In this document: piece by piece, positions 1 to 11,187 of the stretch
Numbering within the stretch: position 1 is the first letter of the stretch
How the letters are laid out: every line of letters starts with the position of its first letter
Assembly (NCBI GenBank): GCA_035295465.1
Contig: DATGIZ010000014.1
Span: 78,369-142,368 of the forward strand
Direction: 5' to 3'
From: Candidatus Binatia bacterium
Lineage (GTDB): Bacteria; Desulfobacterota; Binatia; DP-6
Length of the DNA: 64,000 nt
Position numbers and translations under genes: made by a program
Notes under the pieces: generated by a model
Seen by the model: only the letters and a program-made list of their open reading frames with translations
Database searches by the model: none
Told to the model about the DNA's origin: nothing

Positions 1-19
1 TGCGTACGGAGCGCTGACC

Positions 20-1645
20 ATGGAGGCGCGCGCTCCGGCCGTGCACTACCTCAACGTCGACTACGGCGTGCGGTCGTGGCTCTTTACGACCGACCACAAG
101 CGGATCGCGCTGCTCTACCTGGGCACGATCACGCTCATGTTCCTGATCGGCGGCATCTTCGCCGTGCTGATCCGGCTCGAGCTGCTGACGCCCGCCGGCG
201 ACCTGGTCTCGGCCGACACCTACAACAAGCTCTTCACGATGCACGGCATCGTGATGCTGTTCTTCTTCCTCATCCCCTCGATCCCCGCGGTCCTCGGCAA
301 CTTCCTCGTGCCCATGATGATCGGCGCCCGCGACCTCGCGTTTCCCCGCCTGAACCTGCTGAGCTGGTACATCTTCGTGCTGGGCGCCGCCGTGAGCCTC
401 TGGGCGATGCTCACCGGCGGCGTCGACACGGGCTGGACCTTCTACACGCCCTACAGCACGAGCGCCTCGGTGACCAAGGTGATCCCGACAGCGGTCGGCA
501 TCTTCATCAGCGGCTTCTCCTCGATGCTCACCGGTCTCAACTTCATCGTGACGATCCACAAGATGCGCGCGAAGGGGCTCACCTGGTTCCGGCTCCCGCT
601 CTTCATCTGGGCGCACTACGCGACCAGCATCATCATCATGCTCGGCACCCCCGTGATCGCGATCACGCTCCTGCTGGTGGCCCTCGAGCGCGGGTTCCAC
701 CTCGGCATCTTCGACCCCGCCCTCGGCGGCGATCCGCTGCTCTTCCAGCACCTGTTCTGGTTCTACTCGCACCCCGCGGTCTACATCATGATCCTCCCGG
801 GCATGGGCGTGGTGAGCGAGCTGATCGCGTGCTTCGCGCGCCGGCCGATCTTCGGCTACGGGTTCGTGGCCGCTTCGAGCCTCATGATCGCCGTGCTCGG
901 CTTCCTCGTCTGGGGCCACCACATGTTCACGAGCGGGCAGTCGGTCTACACGGCCTTCGTCTTTTCGTTTTTGAGCATGCTGGTCGCCATCCCCTCGGCG
1001 GTGAAGGTCTTCAACTGGACCGCGACGCTCTACCGCGGCTCGATCGCCTGGGACTCGCCGATGCTCTACGCGCTCGGGTTCATCGGGCTGTTCACGATGG
1101 GCGGGCTCACCGGCCTCTTCCTCGCCTGCCTCGGCGTCGACGTGCACGTGCACGACACGTACTTCATCGTCGCGCACTTCCACTACATCATGGTCGGCGG
1201 CACGATCATGGCCTACCTCGGCGGCATCCACTTCTGGTGGCCGAAGATCACCGGACGGATGTACCCCGAGCCGCTCGCCAAGGCGGCGGGGCTCATCGTA
1301 TTCCTCGGGTTCAACCTCACCTTTTTCCCGCAGTTCATCCTCGGCTACCTGGGGATGCCGCGCCGCTACCACGTGTACCCGCCCGAGTTCCAGGCGCTCA
1401 ACGTGCTCTCGACCGCCGGCGCCTCGATCCTCGGCGTCGGCTATCTACTGCCGCTCTGCTACCTGCTCTGGTCGCTGCGCTACGGGCCGATCGCGAGCGC
1501 GAACCCGTGGGGAGCCGCCGGGCTCGAGTGGCGGACCACGTCGCCGCCCCCGACCGAGAACTTCCCGACGCCGCCGGTCGTCGTCCGCGACGCCTACGAC
1601 CTCGACGGGGTGGCGGCGGCGCCCGGGGAGGTGGCGGTTGGCTGA
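20..1645 (+). CDS. ctaD: cytochrome c oxidase subunit I (caa3/aa3-type haem-copper oxidase)
   Basis: 541 aa; 12-TM haem-copper oxidase signature segments ([27 protein letters not shown]-like '[13 protein letters not shown]', [18 protein letters not shown]); start codon at window position 20, true start may lie upstream. Confidence 0.95.
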   Translation: MEARAPAVHYLNVDYGVRSWLFTTDHKRIALLYLGTITLMFLIGGIFAVLIRLELLTPAGDLVSADTYNKLFTMHGIVMLFFFLIPSIPAVLGNFLVPMMIGARDLAFPRLNLLSWYIFVLGAAVSLWAMLTGGVDTGWTFYTPYSTSASVTKVIPTAVGIFISGFSSMLTGLNFIVTIHKMRAKGLTWFRLPLFIWAHYATSIIIMLGTPVIAITLLLVALERGFHLGIFDPALGGDPLLFQHLFWFYSHPAVYIMILPGMGVVSELIACFARRPIFGYGFVAASSLMIAVLGFLVWGHHMFTSGQSVYTAFVFSFLSMLVAIPSAVKVFNWTATLYRGSIAWDSPMLYALGFIGLFTMGGLTGLFLACLGVDVHVHDTYFIVAHFHYIMVGGTIMAYLGGIHFWWPKITGRMYPEPLAKAAGLIVFLGFNLTFFPQFILGYLGMPRRYHVYPPEFQALNVLSTAGASILGVGYLLPLCYLLWSLRYGPIASANPWGAAGLEWRTTSPPPTENFPTPPVVVRDAYDLDGVAAAPGEVAVG

Positions 1646-2285
1646 GCTCGCCCCCACCGTCGCCCATCACTTCGACGACGCCGAGCAGCAGCGCGAGGCC
1701 GCGACGTTCGGCATGTGGGTGTTCCTGGTGACCGAGGTGATGTTCTTCGGCGGTCTCTTCACCGCCTACGTCGCCTACCGCGCGCTCTACCCCGACGCCT
1801 TCGGGCATGCGAGCAACCACCTCGACGTGCGCCTGGGCACCACGAACACGGCCGTGCTGATCACGAGCAGCCTCACGATGGCGCTCGCCGTGCGCGCGGC
1901 GCAGGTCGGCGAGGCGCCGAGCCGGATCGTGCGCTGGCTCGCCGCGACGATGCTGCTGGGCGCCACGTTCCTCGGCATCAAGCTCTTCGAGTACGGGCAC
2001 AAGTTCCACGAGGGGCTGGTGCCCGGCCCGGCCTTCACGTACACCGGCCCCGACGCCCGGCAGGCGCAGCTCTTTTTCTCGCTCTACTTCGGGATGACGG
2101 GGCTCCACGCGCTGCACATGGTGATCGGCCTCGCCCTGCTCGGCTGGCTCGCGCGCCAAGCGATCCGGGGGCGCTTCGGTCCCGCCTTCCACACGCCGAT
2201 CGAGAACTGTGGCCTCTACTGGCACTTCGTCGACATCGTATGGATCTTCCTCTTCCCGCTGCTCTACCTGATCGGGAGGCACTGA
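1638..2285 (+). CDS. ctaE: cytochrome c oxidase subunit III
   Basis: 215 aa; TTG start overlapping ctaD stop; conserved COX3 motifs ([29 protein letters not shown]). Confidence 0.9.
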   Translation: MAELAPTVAHHFDDAEQQREAATFGMWVFLVTEVMFFGGLFTAYVAYRALYPDAFGHASNHLDVRLGTTNTAVLITSSLTMALAVRAAQVGEAPSRIVRWLAATMLLGATFLGIKLFEYGHKFHEGLVPGPAFTYTGPDARQAQLFFSLYFGMTGLHALHMVIGLALLGWLARQAIRGRFGPAFHTPIENCGLYWHFVDIVWIFLFPLLYLIGRH

Positions 2286-2575
2286 TGCCGGCAGAGCACG
2301 TCGCCCCCGTCCGCCTGTACCTCGCGGTGTTCGCCTGCCTGCTCGGGCTCACCGCGCTCACCACCGCGATCGCCTTCGCCGACCTCGGGCGCCTCAACAC
2401 CGTGATCATGCTCGCCATCGCGGTCACCAAGGCGACGCTGGTGGCCCTCTTCTTCATGCACCTGTGGTGGAACGAGCGCCTCACCCGCGTCGCCATCGGC
2501 GGGGCGCTGGCGTGGCTGCTCCTCCTGATCGGCCTCACGCTCGCGGATGTCCTGACCCGGGCAACCCTGGGGTAG
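2285..2575 (+). CDS. ctaF: caa3-type oxidase subunit IV (CtaF-like small membrane subunit)
   Basis: 96 aa, ATG overlapping ctaE stop (ATGA); two TM helices, FFMHLWWNE-like motif typical of prokaryotic COX subunit IV. Confidence 0.7.
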   Translation: MPAEHVAPVRLYLAVFACLLGLTALTTAIAFADLGRLNTVIMLAIAVTKATLVALFFMHLWWNERLTRVAIGGALAWLLLLIGLTLADVLTRATLG

Positions 2576-2641
2576 CGGCCCGGGCGGAGCCACCCTCCCC
2601 GTCATTCGCTCCGCTAATGCTGACGGCGAGCTGGCGGTTAT

Positions 2642-3367
2642 TTGTTCGGAGGCCGGGGAGTGCGCCACAATGGGCGCGTGGGCGAGAACGGGTTCTGGCG
2701 GCGGCTCTGGTCGACGGCCGTGGGGCGCAAGGCCCTCATGGCGCTCACCGGGCTGCTCATGATCGGCTTCCTGGTGACCCACCTCGCCGGCAACCTGCTC
2801 GTGTTCGAGGGTCCGGCGACCTTCAACGGCTACAGCCACTCGCTCCTCTCCCCTCCGATGCTCTACCTCACCTACCTCATCGAGGTCGCCCTGCTCGTCT
2901 TCTTCCTGGTGCACCTGATCGCCGCGCTCCTCGTGACCGCGCGCAACCGCGACGCGCGCCCCGTGCGCTACGCGCGGCGCCGCTGGGCCGGGGGCACGAG
3001 CCACAAGAGCATCTCGTCGACGACCATGATCCTCAGCGGCCTGGTCGTGCTCGTGTTCGTCCCGCTCCACCTCTGGACGTTCAAGTTCGGCCCGCATTAC
3101 GTCACCACCACCGAGCCGCACGTCCGCGATCTCTACCGGCTCGTGATCGAGGAGTTCCACGAGCCGGGCGAGGTCGTCTGGTACGTGCTCGCGATGCTCG
3201 TCATCGGCTTCCACCTCTGGCACGGCTTCGGTAGCGCCTTCGAGTCGCTCGGCGTGCCCTACCGCCTCCCGCTCCGCCGCGTCGGGCAGGCGCTCGCGGT
3301 GGTGCTCGCGGGCGGCTTCGCGCTCATCCCGATCGCCATCGCGCTCTTCGTCGGAGGCCCCCGGTGA
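2642..3367 (+). CDS. sdhC: succinate dehydrogenase cytochrome b558 subunit (Bacillus-type, 5 TM, dihaem)
   Basis: 241 aa membrane protein with conserved His in TM helices, immediately upstream of sdhA; true start may be in-frame GTG near 2678. Confidence 0.8.
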   Translation: MFGGRGVRHNGRVGENGFWRRLWSTAVGRKALMALTGLLMIGFLVTHLAGNLLVFEGPATFNGYSHSLLSPPMLYLTYLIEVALLVFFLVHLIAALLVTARNRDARPVRYARRRWAGGTSHKSISSTTMILSGLVVLVFVPLHLWTFKFGPHYVTTTEPHVRDLYRLVIEEFHEPGEVVWYVLAMLVIGFHLWHGFGSAFESLGVPYRLPLRRVGQALAVVLAGGFALIPIAIALFVGGPR

Positions 3368-5277
3368 CGCTCGACGGTCACGTGCCGGGCGGTCCGATCG
3401 AGTCGAAGTGGGAGCGGCACAAGTTCGCGCTCAAGCTGGTGAACCCGGCGAACCGCCGCCGGCACACGGTGATCGTGGTGGGCACGGGGCTCGCCGGGGC
3501 GTCGGCGGCGGCGACCCTCGGCGAGCTCGGCTACAACGTCCTCGCGTTCACGATCCTCGACAGCCCGCGGCGCTCGCACTCGATCGCCGCGCAGGGCGGC
3601 ATCAACGCCGCCAAGAACTACAAGAACGACGGCGACTCGGTCTTCCGCCTCTTCTACGACACGATCAAGGGCGGCGACTTCCGCTCACGCGAGGCCAACG
3701 TCTACCGCCTGGCCGAGGTGAGCGTCGACATCATCGACCAGTGCGTGGCCCAGGGGGTGCCGTTCGCACGCGAGTACGGCGGGCTGCTCGCCAACCGCTC
3801 CTTCGGCGGCGCGCAGGTCTCGCGCACGTTCTACGCCCGCGGCCAAACCGGCCAGCAGCTCCTGCTCGGGGCCTACGGGGCGCTGATGCGCCAGGTGCAG
3901 CGGGGCCAGGTGCGCATGTTGCCGCGGCGCGAGATGCTCGACCTCGTCGTGATCGACGGGAAGGCGCGCGGCATCGTCGTGCGCAATCTCGCCACGGGCG
4001 CGCTCGAGCGTCACGCCGCCGACGCGGTCCTGCTGGCCACGGGCGGCTACGGCAACGTCTACTACCTCTCCACCAACGCCGGGAACAGCAACGTGACCGC
4101 CGCCTGGCGCTGCGCCCGCCGCGGCGCCTACTTCGCCAATCCGTGCTTCGTGCAGATCCATCCCACGTGCATCCCCATCACCGGCGACCACCAGGCGAAG
4201 CTCACGCTGATGAGCGAGAGCCTGCGCAACGACGGGCGGGTCTGGGTGCCGCGCACGCCGCGGGACCCGCGCCCGGCGCGCGAGATCCCGGAGGCCGACC
4301 GCGACTACTTCCTCGAGCGCCGCTATCCGAGCTTCGGCAACCTCGTGCCGCGCGACGTGGCCTCGCGCGCCACCAAGGCCGTCTGCGACGAGGGCCGCGG
4401 CGTCGGCGCGACCGGACTCGCGGTCTACCTCGACCTCGCCGACGCGATCCAGCGTCTCGGTGAGGCGACCATCCGCGAGCGCTACGGCAACCTCTTCGAC
4501 ATGTATCGGCAGATCACCGCCGAGGACCCGTATCGGACGCCGATGCGCATCTATCCCGCGGTCCACTACACCATGGGCGGCCTGTGGGTCGACTACGACC
4601 TCATGAGCAACCTCCCGGGGCTGTTCGTGCTCGGCGAGGCGAACTTCTCCGACCACGGCGCCAACCGCCTCGGAGCGAGCGCCCTGATGCAGGGCCTCGC
4701 CGACGGCTACTTCATCGCGCCCTACACGCTCGCCGGCTACGTGGCGGGGACGCCGCTCGGGCCCGTCTCGACCGACCACGACGCCTTCCGCGAGGCCGAG
4801 GCCCAGGTCCAGGCGCGCATCGACCGGGTGCTCGCGCTCAGCGGCGGTCGCACGGTCACCCAGCTCCATCGCGAGCTCGGGCGCGTCATGTGGGACGACG
4901 TCGGGATGACCCGCAACGAGGCCGGACTCAGGCGCGCTCTCGAGCGGGTGCGCGCCTTGCGCGACGCGTACTGGCAGGACGTGCGCGTGCCGGGGCGCAA
5001 GGACAACCTCAACAAGCAGCTCGAGCTGGCGCTGCGGATCGCCGACTACCTCGAGTTCGCCGAGCTGATCACCCGCGACGCGCTCTACCGCACGGAGTCG
5101 TGCGGCTGCCACTTCCGCGAGGAGAGCCAGACCCCCGAGGGCGAGGCGCAGCGCGACGACGAGCGGTTCGGGCACGTGGCCGCCTGGGAGTTCACCGGCG
5201 TCGATCGCGAGCCGATCCTCCATCGGGAGCCGCTCGCCTTCGAGGCCGTCCACCCGAGCCAGCGGAGCTACAAGTGA
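3364..5277 (+). CDS. sdhA: succinate dehydrogenase/fumarate reductase flavoprotein subunit
   Basis: 637 aa; FAD-binding [10 protein letters not shown], covalent-FAD His region [13 protein letters not shown]; start overlaps sdhC stop. Confidence 0.95.
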   Translation: MTLDGHVPGGPIESKWERHKFALKLVNPANRRRHTVIVVGTGLAGASAAATLGELGYNVLAFTILDSPRRSHSIAAQGGINAAKNYKNDGDSVFRLFYDTIKGGDFRSREANVYRLAEVSVDIIDQCVAQGVPFAREYGGLLANRSFGGAQVSRTFYARGQTGQQLLLGAYGALMRQVQRGQVRMLPRREMLDLVVIDGKARGIVVRNLATGALERHAADAVLLATGGYGNVYYLSTNAGNSNVTAAWRCARRGAYFANPCFVQIHPTCIPITGDHQAKLTLMSESLRNDGRVWVPRTPRDPRPAREIPEADRDYFLERRYPSFGNLVPRDVASRATKAVCDEGRGVGATGLAVYLDLADAIQRLGEATIRERYGNLFDMYRQITAEDPYRTPMRIYPAVHYTMGGLWVDYDLMSNLPGLFVLGEANFSDHGANRLGASALMQGLADGYFIAPYTLAGYVAGTPLGPVSTDHDAFREAEAQVQARIDRVLALSGGRTVTQLHRELGRVMWDDVGMTRNEAGLRRALERVRALRDAYWQDVRVPGRKDNLNKQLELALRIADYLEFAELITRDALYRTESCGCHFREESQTPEGEAQRDDERFGHVAAWEFTGVDREPILHREPLAFEAVHPSQRSYK

Positions 5278-6020
5278 TCCTGAACCTCCTCGTGTGGCGC
5301 CAACCGGCCCCCGACGCCCCTGGACGGCTCGTCCCCTACACGGTGCACGACGCCGCGCCGGACATGTCGTTCCTCGAGCTGCTCGACGTCCTCAACGAGG
5401 ACCTCGTCAAGCGCGGCGAGGATCCGATCGCCTTCGACTACGACTGCCGCGAGGGCATCTGCGGCTCCTGCGCGATGATGATCGACGGCGTCCCGCACGG
5501 GCCGCTCCCGGGCACGACCGCCTGCCAGCTCTTTTTGCGCCACTTCCCCGACGGTGCGACGGTGACCGTCGAGCCGTGGCGGGCGAAGCCCTTCCCCGTG
5601 GTGAAGGACCTGGTCGTCGACCGCAGCGCCTTCGACCGCATCATGGCCGCGGGCGGGTTCGTCTCCGCGGACACCGGGAGCGCCCCCGAGGCGAACATGA
5701 TCCCGGTGCCGAAGGACGCGGCCGAGGCGGCCATGGACGCCGCCGCGTGCATCGGCTGCGGGGCGTGCGTGGCGGCCTGCAAGAACGCCTCGGCGGCGCT
5801 CTTCGTCGGCGCCAAGGTGACGCATCTCGTGCTGATGCCGCAGGGACATCCGGAGCGCGAGCGGCGTGTGCTCGCGATGGTCGAGCAGGCCGAGCGCGAG
5901 GGCTTCGGGGCGTGCTCCAACGAAGGCGAGTGCCAGGCCGTCTGCCCGAAGGAGATCTCGGTCGCGCACATCGCGCGCATGAACCGCGAGTACCTGCGCG
6001 CGCTGCTCAAGCGGCTCTGA
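5274..6020 (+). CDS. sdhB: succinate dehydrogenase iron-sulfur subunit
   Basis: GTG start overlapping sdhA stop (GTGA); 2Fe-2S Cys cluster [15 protein letters not shown], 4Fe-4S/3Fe-4S motifs [11 protein letters not shown] and CQAVCPK. Confidence 0.9.
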   Translation: MILNLLVWRQPAPDAPGRLVPYTVHDAAPDMSFLELLDVLNEDLVKRGEDPIAFDYDCREGICGSCAMMIDGVPHGPLPGTTACQLFLRHFPDGATVTVEPWRAKPFPVVKDLVVDRSAFDRIMAAGGFVSADTGSAPEANMIPVPKDAAEAAMDAAACIGCGACVAACKNASAALFVGAKVTHLVLMPQGHPERERRVLAMVEQAEREGFGACSNEGECQAVCPKEISVAHIARMNREYLRALLKRL

Positions 6021-6023
6021 TCG

Positions 6024-7499
6024 TCAGGGGAAGGTCGGGAGGCAGACGAGCTTCAAACGCTCGCTCACCGCGCCCGCGAGCGTCTGCACCCGCAACGCGA
6101 GCACGCCGGTGCCCGCGCGCGGCCCCGTGCCGCTCGGGCGTAGCGGCACGACCACGTCGAGATAGCCGCTGCACGCGTCGGGAGTGGTCGCCGGCGGACC
6201 GTAGGTGACCGTGCTGCCCGCGACCGTGCCGTGGGCGGCGCCGTCGATTCCCGCGAGCGCGCCGAGCAGCGCCGCCGCGTTGGCCTGATCCGCGGCGTCC
6301 GTCCCGCTCGCGAGCCGCCCGCCCAGCGCGACCGCGGCCACCGGCGCGGCGACGCAGGCGAGCCGGGGATCGGCGCTGTTGAGACACACCGCCACGTGGA
6401 AGGTGCACTGGCCGTCCGCCGTCGCGTCGAAGTCGCAGAAGGGCTGCCCGTCCGCGCAGGAGACGGTCGCGCTCGGCAGCCCGTTGCGGTCGAGCCCGAG
6501 GTCGGGATCGACGAGCCACTCGAAGGCGCATCCGACGGGCGACCGCTCGTTGGCCACGCAGGCGCCGGGCGCGGGATCGGTGCAGGCCACGGGCGGTGCG
6601 GCGCACGGGGCGCTCGCCACGCAGCCGCGCGCGAGGTTCGACCACAGCGAGTTGAGCGTGAGCGTGTCCGCCCCGGCGGAAAGCGTCGCCAGGCATGCCT
6701 CGCTTTCGCAGACGTCGGCGTTCTCCTCGCCGGTGCGATCGTCGTACCAGCCGCCCGCGGCGACGGGCGGCGCGTCGGGATCGGTCACGATCTCGGCGAG
6801 CTCGTGTGAGCCGACCGCCTCGAGCGCCGTGCCGGCGTCGCTGCCGCCGTCGACGAAGCACGTGCCGCCGCCCTGCGTGCACGGAAAGGGGAGCACCGCG
6901 TAGCGCACGCGGCTTCCGCCGCCGACGAAGCTGTCGTGGTAGCCGCAGAACGTGAAGTTCGATCCCCCGCAGCCGGTCTCGCCGCCGTCGACGACCGGCA
7001 CGCCCTGGGGCGGCGCCACCACGTAGACCACGTCGTCGGCCGGCACGGGCGCCCGGCCCGCCGCGGCCTCGGTGAGGATCTGCTGGCGGATCACGGCGTC
7101 GGCGAGCTCGCCGCCCGGCGCGACGGGGGCGCTCGCGATCACCTCGTCGCCGAGGTAGCTCCCGGCCGCGAGCGGCCGGCCCGGCAGCTCGTACTCGCGC
7201 CAGGTGCAGCCGTAGGCGCTGCCGCCGAGCTGCTGGAAGAGCGCGCGCAGATCGGCGGCCGCCGCGAGGTGCGTGGGATCGCTCTGCCACTGGGCGCCCC
7301 AGAAGAGGACGAACACACCCGGCTGCGCGACCAGGTCGCCGCCATGATAGGTGAGCGTGTGGCGCCCGGGCCGACAGCTTGGAGTGACGCCGGCGGCCCG
7401 CGGCGGCCGCGGGCGGCTCCGCCCGCGCGGAGCTGCGTCCGCCATGGCCCCGCAGGCGAGGAGCGCGGCGAGGACGGTCACGACGATCGACGAGCGCAT
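6024..7499 (-). CDS. hypothetical secreted Cys-rich protein
   Basis: 491 aa ORF with N-terminal signal peptide (MRSSIVVTVLAALLACGAMA) and about 24 Cys in the mature part; no family recognised from sequence alone. Confidence 0.55.
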   Translation of the reverse strand: MRSSIVVTVLAALLACGAMADAAPRGRSRPRPPRAAGVTPSCRPGRHTLTYHGGDLVAQPGVFVLFWGAQWQSDPTHLAAAADLRALFQQLGGSAYGCTWREYELPGRPLAAGSYLGDEVIASAPVAPGGELADAVIRQQILTEAAAGRAPVPADDVVYVVAPPQGVPVVDGGETGCGGSNFTFCGYHDSFVGGGSRVRYAVLPFPCTQGGGTCFVDGGSDAGTALEAVGSHELAEIVTDPDAPPVAAGGWYDDRTGEENADVCESEACLATLSAGADTLTLNSLWSNLARGCVASAPCAAPPVACTDPAPGACVANERSPVGCAFEWLVDPDLGLDRNGLPSATVSCADGQPFCDFDATADGQCTFHVAVCLNSADPRLACVAAPVAAVALGGRLASGTDAADQANAAALLGALAGIDGAAHGTVAGSTVTYGPPATTPDACSGYLDVVVPLRPSGTGPRAGTGVLALRVQTLAGAVSERLKLVCLPTFP

Positions 7500-7545
7500 G
7501 CGACGCGCGCCGGGTATACGCCGCCCGCACGCCGCGGCGCAACCG

Positions 7546-8424
7546 TCAGCGCTGGGCGTCGAGCGCCGCCCGGATGCCGCGCGCGAGGTCCACTGCCGGC
7601 CCCCGCCCCCAGAAGTGCAGGAAGACGACCCGTGGCTCCTCGTGCGTCATGTGCCCGTGAATGGCGACGACGTGGATGCCCGCACGGCACAGCGCCCGGA
7701 GCACGCCCTGCAGCTCGTCCTCGTGCGCGGCGAAGTCGCCGTCGACGAGCGCGGCCGCGGGCGCGCCTGCGAACGCGGCCCAGTTGGCGACGCCCATGGC
7801 CGCGCCCATCTCGGCCCCGTGCATCGTCGCCCGCCGGGCGAGCACGAACTTCACCATGCCGTGCGCCGTCTGCCCCGGCGCGCCCACCACGGCCTCGAGC
7901 GAAGCCGCCGTGAGGCTGCTCTCCGCGGGCACGGGCGGATCGCCGAAGCCGGCGGCGGGCGGCGCGTGCCGCGCCCCCCGCTCCACGTCGAGCACCTTGC
8001 GCACGCCGGCGGCGAGGTTCTCGGTGCCGCCGTGCCCGGCGACGTGCATGAACATGACCCGCGGGTGATCGAACGCAAAATGGTTGTGCAGCGCGGTCAC
8101 CTCGAGGCCGGCGTCGAGGGCGGCGCACAGGACCGGGCTCACCTGGTCTTCGGTGAGGGCGAGGTCCCCCATCACCGTGACGTCGTCGCCGCTGCCGGTG
8201 AAGGCCGCCCACGAGGTGAGGCCCTGGAAGGGCTCGATCCGCACTCCATCGACGGTGACGGCGAGGTCGCTCCGCGGCACCGCCACCCGGACCACTCCCT
8301 CGCTGACCTCGGGCTCGATGCCGGTCAGGCGCCCGATCAGCGCCGCGTCGGGCCCGTCGGCCGAAGCCGTCGCAGCGATCAACGCCCCCAGCGCGGCGAG
8401 CGCACGCACCCTCCTCGTCGCCAT
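7546..8424 (-). CDS. secreted DUF1259-like protein with duplicated His-rich motifs
   Basis: 293 aa from ATG preceded by GGAGG; signal peptide MATRRVRALAALGALIAATASA; internal duplication with ALHNHFAFDHPRVMFMH and AIHGHMTHEEPRVVFLH motifs; the longer ORF-track N-terminus is antisense junk. Confidence 0.6.
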   Translation of the reverse strand: MATRRVRALAALGALIAATASADGPDAALIGRLTGIEPEVSEGVVRVAVPRSDLAVTVDGVRIEPFQGLTSWAAFTGSGDDVTVMGDLALTEDQVSPVLCAALDAGLEVTALHNHFAFDHPRVMFMHVAGHGGTENLAAGVRKVLDVERGARHAPPAAGFGDPPVPAESSLTAASLEAVVGAPGQTAHGMVKFVLARRATMHGAEMGAAMGVANWAAFAGAPAAALVDGDFAAHEDELQGVLRALCRAGIHVVAIHGHMTHEEPRVVFLHFWGRGPAVDLARGIRAALDAQR

Positions 8425-8514
8425 GATCTCCTCCCTCCGGCCGCGGCGCACCGCGTTGTAGACCAGCCGCCCGGGGGGATCAAAGCCCCTCGTGACCCGA
8501 CGGCCCGCGGTGGT

Positions 8515-9039
8515 TTGCGACTCGCACGACCGGCCGATATCCAGAAGGAGGTGGCGCGTCCGTCGCTGTCGTCGTTCCAGTCCGTCGTCGGGCTGGTTGC
8601 CGGGATCACGTCGATCTGCGGCGCCTTGTACTCCGCCGTGGAGCATTGGCAGCCCATCCCGCGGCTCGGTGACGTGGTCGCCGTCGTGCGCGACGGCCAC
8701 ACCGAGCGCCCGCTGCCCGGGGCGACGGTCGAGGTGCTCACGCCCGAGGACGCGCTGGTCACCACGCTCACGCCGGCCGGCGACGGGCGCGCGGAGACCC
8801 GGCTGCGGGAAGGCACGTACCGGCTCCGCGCCATCCACCCGCAGCGCGGCGAGGAGACGCGCGACGTCGAGGTCCTCCCCGGGCAGACGGCCGAGGTGCG
8901 CTTCCAGCTCGCCCGGGAGGATGCGGCCCCCGTGCGGCGCGGCGCACGGACCGGCTCGCCCTCCCGGCGCACGCTCGGCGACGCCGTCGAGCGCGGGGTC
9001 AGCGCCGCCCACGGGCTCCTGCGCCGCCTCGGACTCTGA
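8515..9039 (+). CDS. small membrane-anchored protein with carboxypeptidase-regulatory-like (CarbopepD_reg) beta-sandwich domain
   Basis: C-terminal ~175 aa of ORF 7351..9039; one TM helix (SVVGLVAGITSICGALYSAV) then GATVEVLTPED...GTYRLRAIHPQRGEETRDVEVLPGQTAEVRFQL; start uncertain (TTG 8515 or GTG 8551). Confidence 0.45.
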   Translation: MRLARPADIQKEVARPSLSSFQSVVGLVAGITSICGALYSAVEHWQPIPRLGDVVAVVRDGHTERPLPGATVEVLTPEDALVTTLTPAGDGRAETRLREGTYRLRAIHPQRGEETRDVEVLPGQTAEVRFQLAREDAAPVRRGARTGSPSRRTLGDAVERGVSAAHGLLRRLGL

Positions 9040-9559
9040 GCGGCCCCGCGCCCACCGCGGCGTCCGGCGCGTCGACCCAGAGGTCGACGAGATACGCGTC
9101 GCCGATCGCGATCCCGGAGATGACGCGGATCGACGGCCCGGTCGCGCTGCCCGCCGCCGTGGTGCGCGTACGCACGCCGTCGGCGCGCTCGCTCATCCTC
9201 CACCCCGCGGGCAGGCAGCGCCGCACGAGCGCGACCGCCTGCGCGTAGGCCGCGTCGGCGTCGGTCTCGCGGTCACCGACGTAGAGGTCGCAGGTGTACG
9301 CCGCGGGCACGCCCCCGAAGACCAGGCAGTCCCGCCCGCCCGCAACCGCAACGGTGGCCTCCCATGCCCCGAAACGCGCCGTGCGGCCGCCGCGCACGGC
9401 GCGGAATCCGCGCGGCGCTGCCGCGAGCACCGCGCGGAGCGCGGCGCACGCGCGCGGCGGCGTCGCCGCCGCCGGCCAAGCCAGGCCGAACGCGAGGGCC
9501 GCCGCGGCTCCGATCCGCACGAAGGCTGCCGGCGGGCGCGGCTCGCCCGCCGCCGTCAT
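8999..9559 (-). CDS. hypothetical secreted protein, translationally coupled to pgi
   Basis: 186 aa; ATG overlaps pgi stop (ATGA); signal peptide-like N-terminus ([22 protein letters not shown]). Confidence 0.55.
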   Translation of the reverse strand: MTAAGEPRPPAAFVRIGAAAALAFGLAWPAAATPPRACAALRAVLAAAPRGFRAVRGGRTARFGAWEATVAVAGGRDCLVFGGVPAAYTCDLYVGDRETDADAAYAQAVALVRRCLPAGWRMSERADGVRTRTTAAGSATGPSIRVISGIAIGDAYLVDLWVDAPDAAVGAGPLRVRGGAGARGRR

Positions 9560-11187
9560 GCCCGCCCCCGCGCCCGCCGGTAGCGGCGGATCAGCGCGTT
9601 GGTCGACCCGTCGTGCGTGAGGGCCGGTGCCGTGGGGCTCACGAGCTCGGGGACGATGCGTCGGGCCAGCGCCTTGCCCAGCTCGACGCCCCACTGGTCG
9701 AACGAGTCGATCTGCCAGATCGTCCCCTGCGTGAACACGCTGTGCTCGTAGAGCGCGACCAGCGCCCCGAGCGTCGCCGGCGTGAGCCGGTCGGCGAGGA
9801 TGATCGACGAGGGCCGGTTGCCCGCGCACACGCGGTGGGGCACGAGCCGCTCGGGCGTGCCCTCGGCCCGCACCTCCTCCGCGGTCCGGCCGAAGGCGAG
9901 CGCCTCCGCCTGCGCGAGCACGTTGCCGATCAGCAGGTCGTGGTGGTCGCCGAGCGGATTGAGCGGCTCGCAGAACGCGAGGAAGTCGCAGGGCACGAGC
10001 TTCGTGCCCTGATGGATGAGCTGGTAGAAGGAGTGCTGGCCGTTCGTTCCCGGCTCGCCCCAGACGATCGGCCCGGTCTCGTAGTCGACCTCGACCCCGT
10101 CGAGCGTCACGTGCTTCCCGTTCGACTCCATCGCGAGCTGCTGGAGATAGGCGGGGAACCGCTTGAGATACTGGTCGTAGGGCAGCACGGCGAGGGTCTC
10201 GGCCCCGAAGAAGTCGGCGTACCAGACGGCGAGCAGCCCCATGAGCACGGGGAGGTTCTGCGCGAACGGCGCGGTGCGGAAGTGCTCGTCCATGGCGTGG
10301 AAGCCGGCGAGCATGGCGCGGAAGTGCTCGGGGCCCACGGCGAGCATCGTCGAGAGGCCGATGGCCGAGTCCATCGAGTAGCGGCCGCCCACCCAGTCCC
10401 AGAAGCCGAACATGTTCTCGACGTCGATGCCGAACCGCCGCACCTCGGCGGCGTTGGTCGACACCGCGACGAAGTGCCGAGCCACCGCGGCGGGATCGCG
10501 TAGCGCGCCGAGGCTCCATGCCCGGGCGGTCGCCGCGTTGGTCATGGTCTCCTGGGTCGTGAACGTCTTCGACGAGACCACGAAGAGCGTCTCGGCGGGA
10601 TCGAGGTCACGCGTGGCCTCCGCGAAGTCTGTGCCGTCGACGTTCGACACGAAGCGCACGACGAGCTCCCGGCTCGCGTAGTGCCGCAGCGCCTCGTAGG
10701 CCATCACCGGCCCGAGGTCCGAGCCGCCGATGCCGATGTTGATCACGTTGCGGATGCGCTTGCCGGTGTATCCGGTCCAGCGCCCGTCGCGCACCCGTCC
10801 GGCGAAGGACGCCATCCGATCGAGCACCGCGTGCACCTCGGGCACGACGTCCTGGCCGTCGAGCACGATCGACACGTCCCGCGGCGCTCGCAGCGCGACG
10901 TGGAGGACCGCGCGGCCTTCGGTCGCGTTGATCTTCTCGCCCCGGAACATCGCGTCGATACGCGCGCGCAGCTCGGCCTCGTCGGCCAGCGCGAGGAGCA
11001 GCCGCAGCGTCTCCGCGGTGATCCGATGCTTGGCGTAGTCGAGGTAGAGCCCGGCACCCTCGGCCACGAAGCGCTCGCCCCGGCCCGGCTCCTGCCGGAA
11101 CAGGTCGCGCAGATGCAGGGCCCGCACGGCGGCGTGGTGCGCCGCCAGCGCCCGCCACGCCGGCCGCTCGCGCAGAAGTGGGCTCAT
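9556..11187 (-). CDS. pgi: glucose-6-phosphate isomerase
   Basis: 543 aa from [18 protein letters not shown]; PGI signature regions ([35 protein letters not shown]); ATG overlaps tal stop. Confidence 0.95.
   Translation of the reverse strand: MSPLLRERPAWRALAAHHAAVRALHLRDLFRQEPGRGERFVAEGAGLYLDYAKHRITAETLRLLLALADEAELRARIDAMFRGEKINATEGRAVLHVALRAPRDVSIVLDGQDVVPEVHAVLDRMASFAGRVRDGRWTGYTGKRIRNVINIGIGGSDLGPVMAYEALRHYASRELVVRFVSNVDGTDFAEATRDLDPAETLFVVSSKTFTTQETMTNAATARAWSLGALRDPAAVARHFVAVSTNAAEVRRFGIDVENMFGFWDWVGGRYSMDSAIGLSTMLAVGPEHFRAMLAGFHAMDEHFRTAPFAQNLPVLMGLLAVWYADFFGAETLAVLPYDQYLKRFPAYLQQLAMESNGKHVTLDGVEVDYETGPIVWGEPGTNGQHSFYQLIHQGTKLVPCDFLAFCEPLNPLGDHHDLLIGNVLAQAEALAFGRTAEEVRAEGTPERLVPHRVCAGNRPSSIILADRLTPATLGALVALYEHSVFTQGTIWQIDSFDQWGVELGKALARRIVPELVSPTAPALTHDGSTNALIRRYRRARGRA

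Noticed and set aside
76-1731. 551-aa Arg/Pro-rich ORF on + strand
   Set aside because: Alternate-frame artefact fully inside ctaD, which has unmistakable COX1 motifs; typical of >70% GC DNA.
3685-5253. 522-aa minus-strand ORF
   Set aside because: Antisense to sdhA; no RBS or domain signal; Ala/Arg/Gly-rich low-complexity translation.
6007-7542. 511-aa minus-strand Arg-rich ORF
   Set aside because: Overlaps the 6024..7499 secreted protein in another frame; extreme Arg/Gly/Pro composition characteristic of wrong-frame GC-rich translation.
7351-8500. N-terminal two-thirds of the 562-aa + strand ORF 7351..9039
   Set aside because: Antisense to the DUF1259 gene; only the C-terminal TM + CarbopepD_reg-like portion (from about 8515) looks like real coding sequence.
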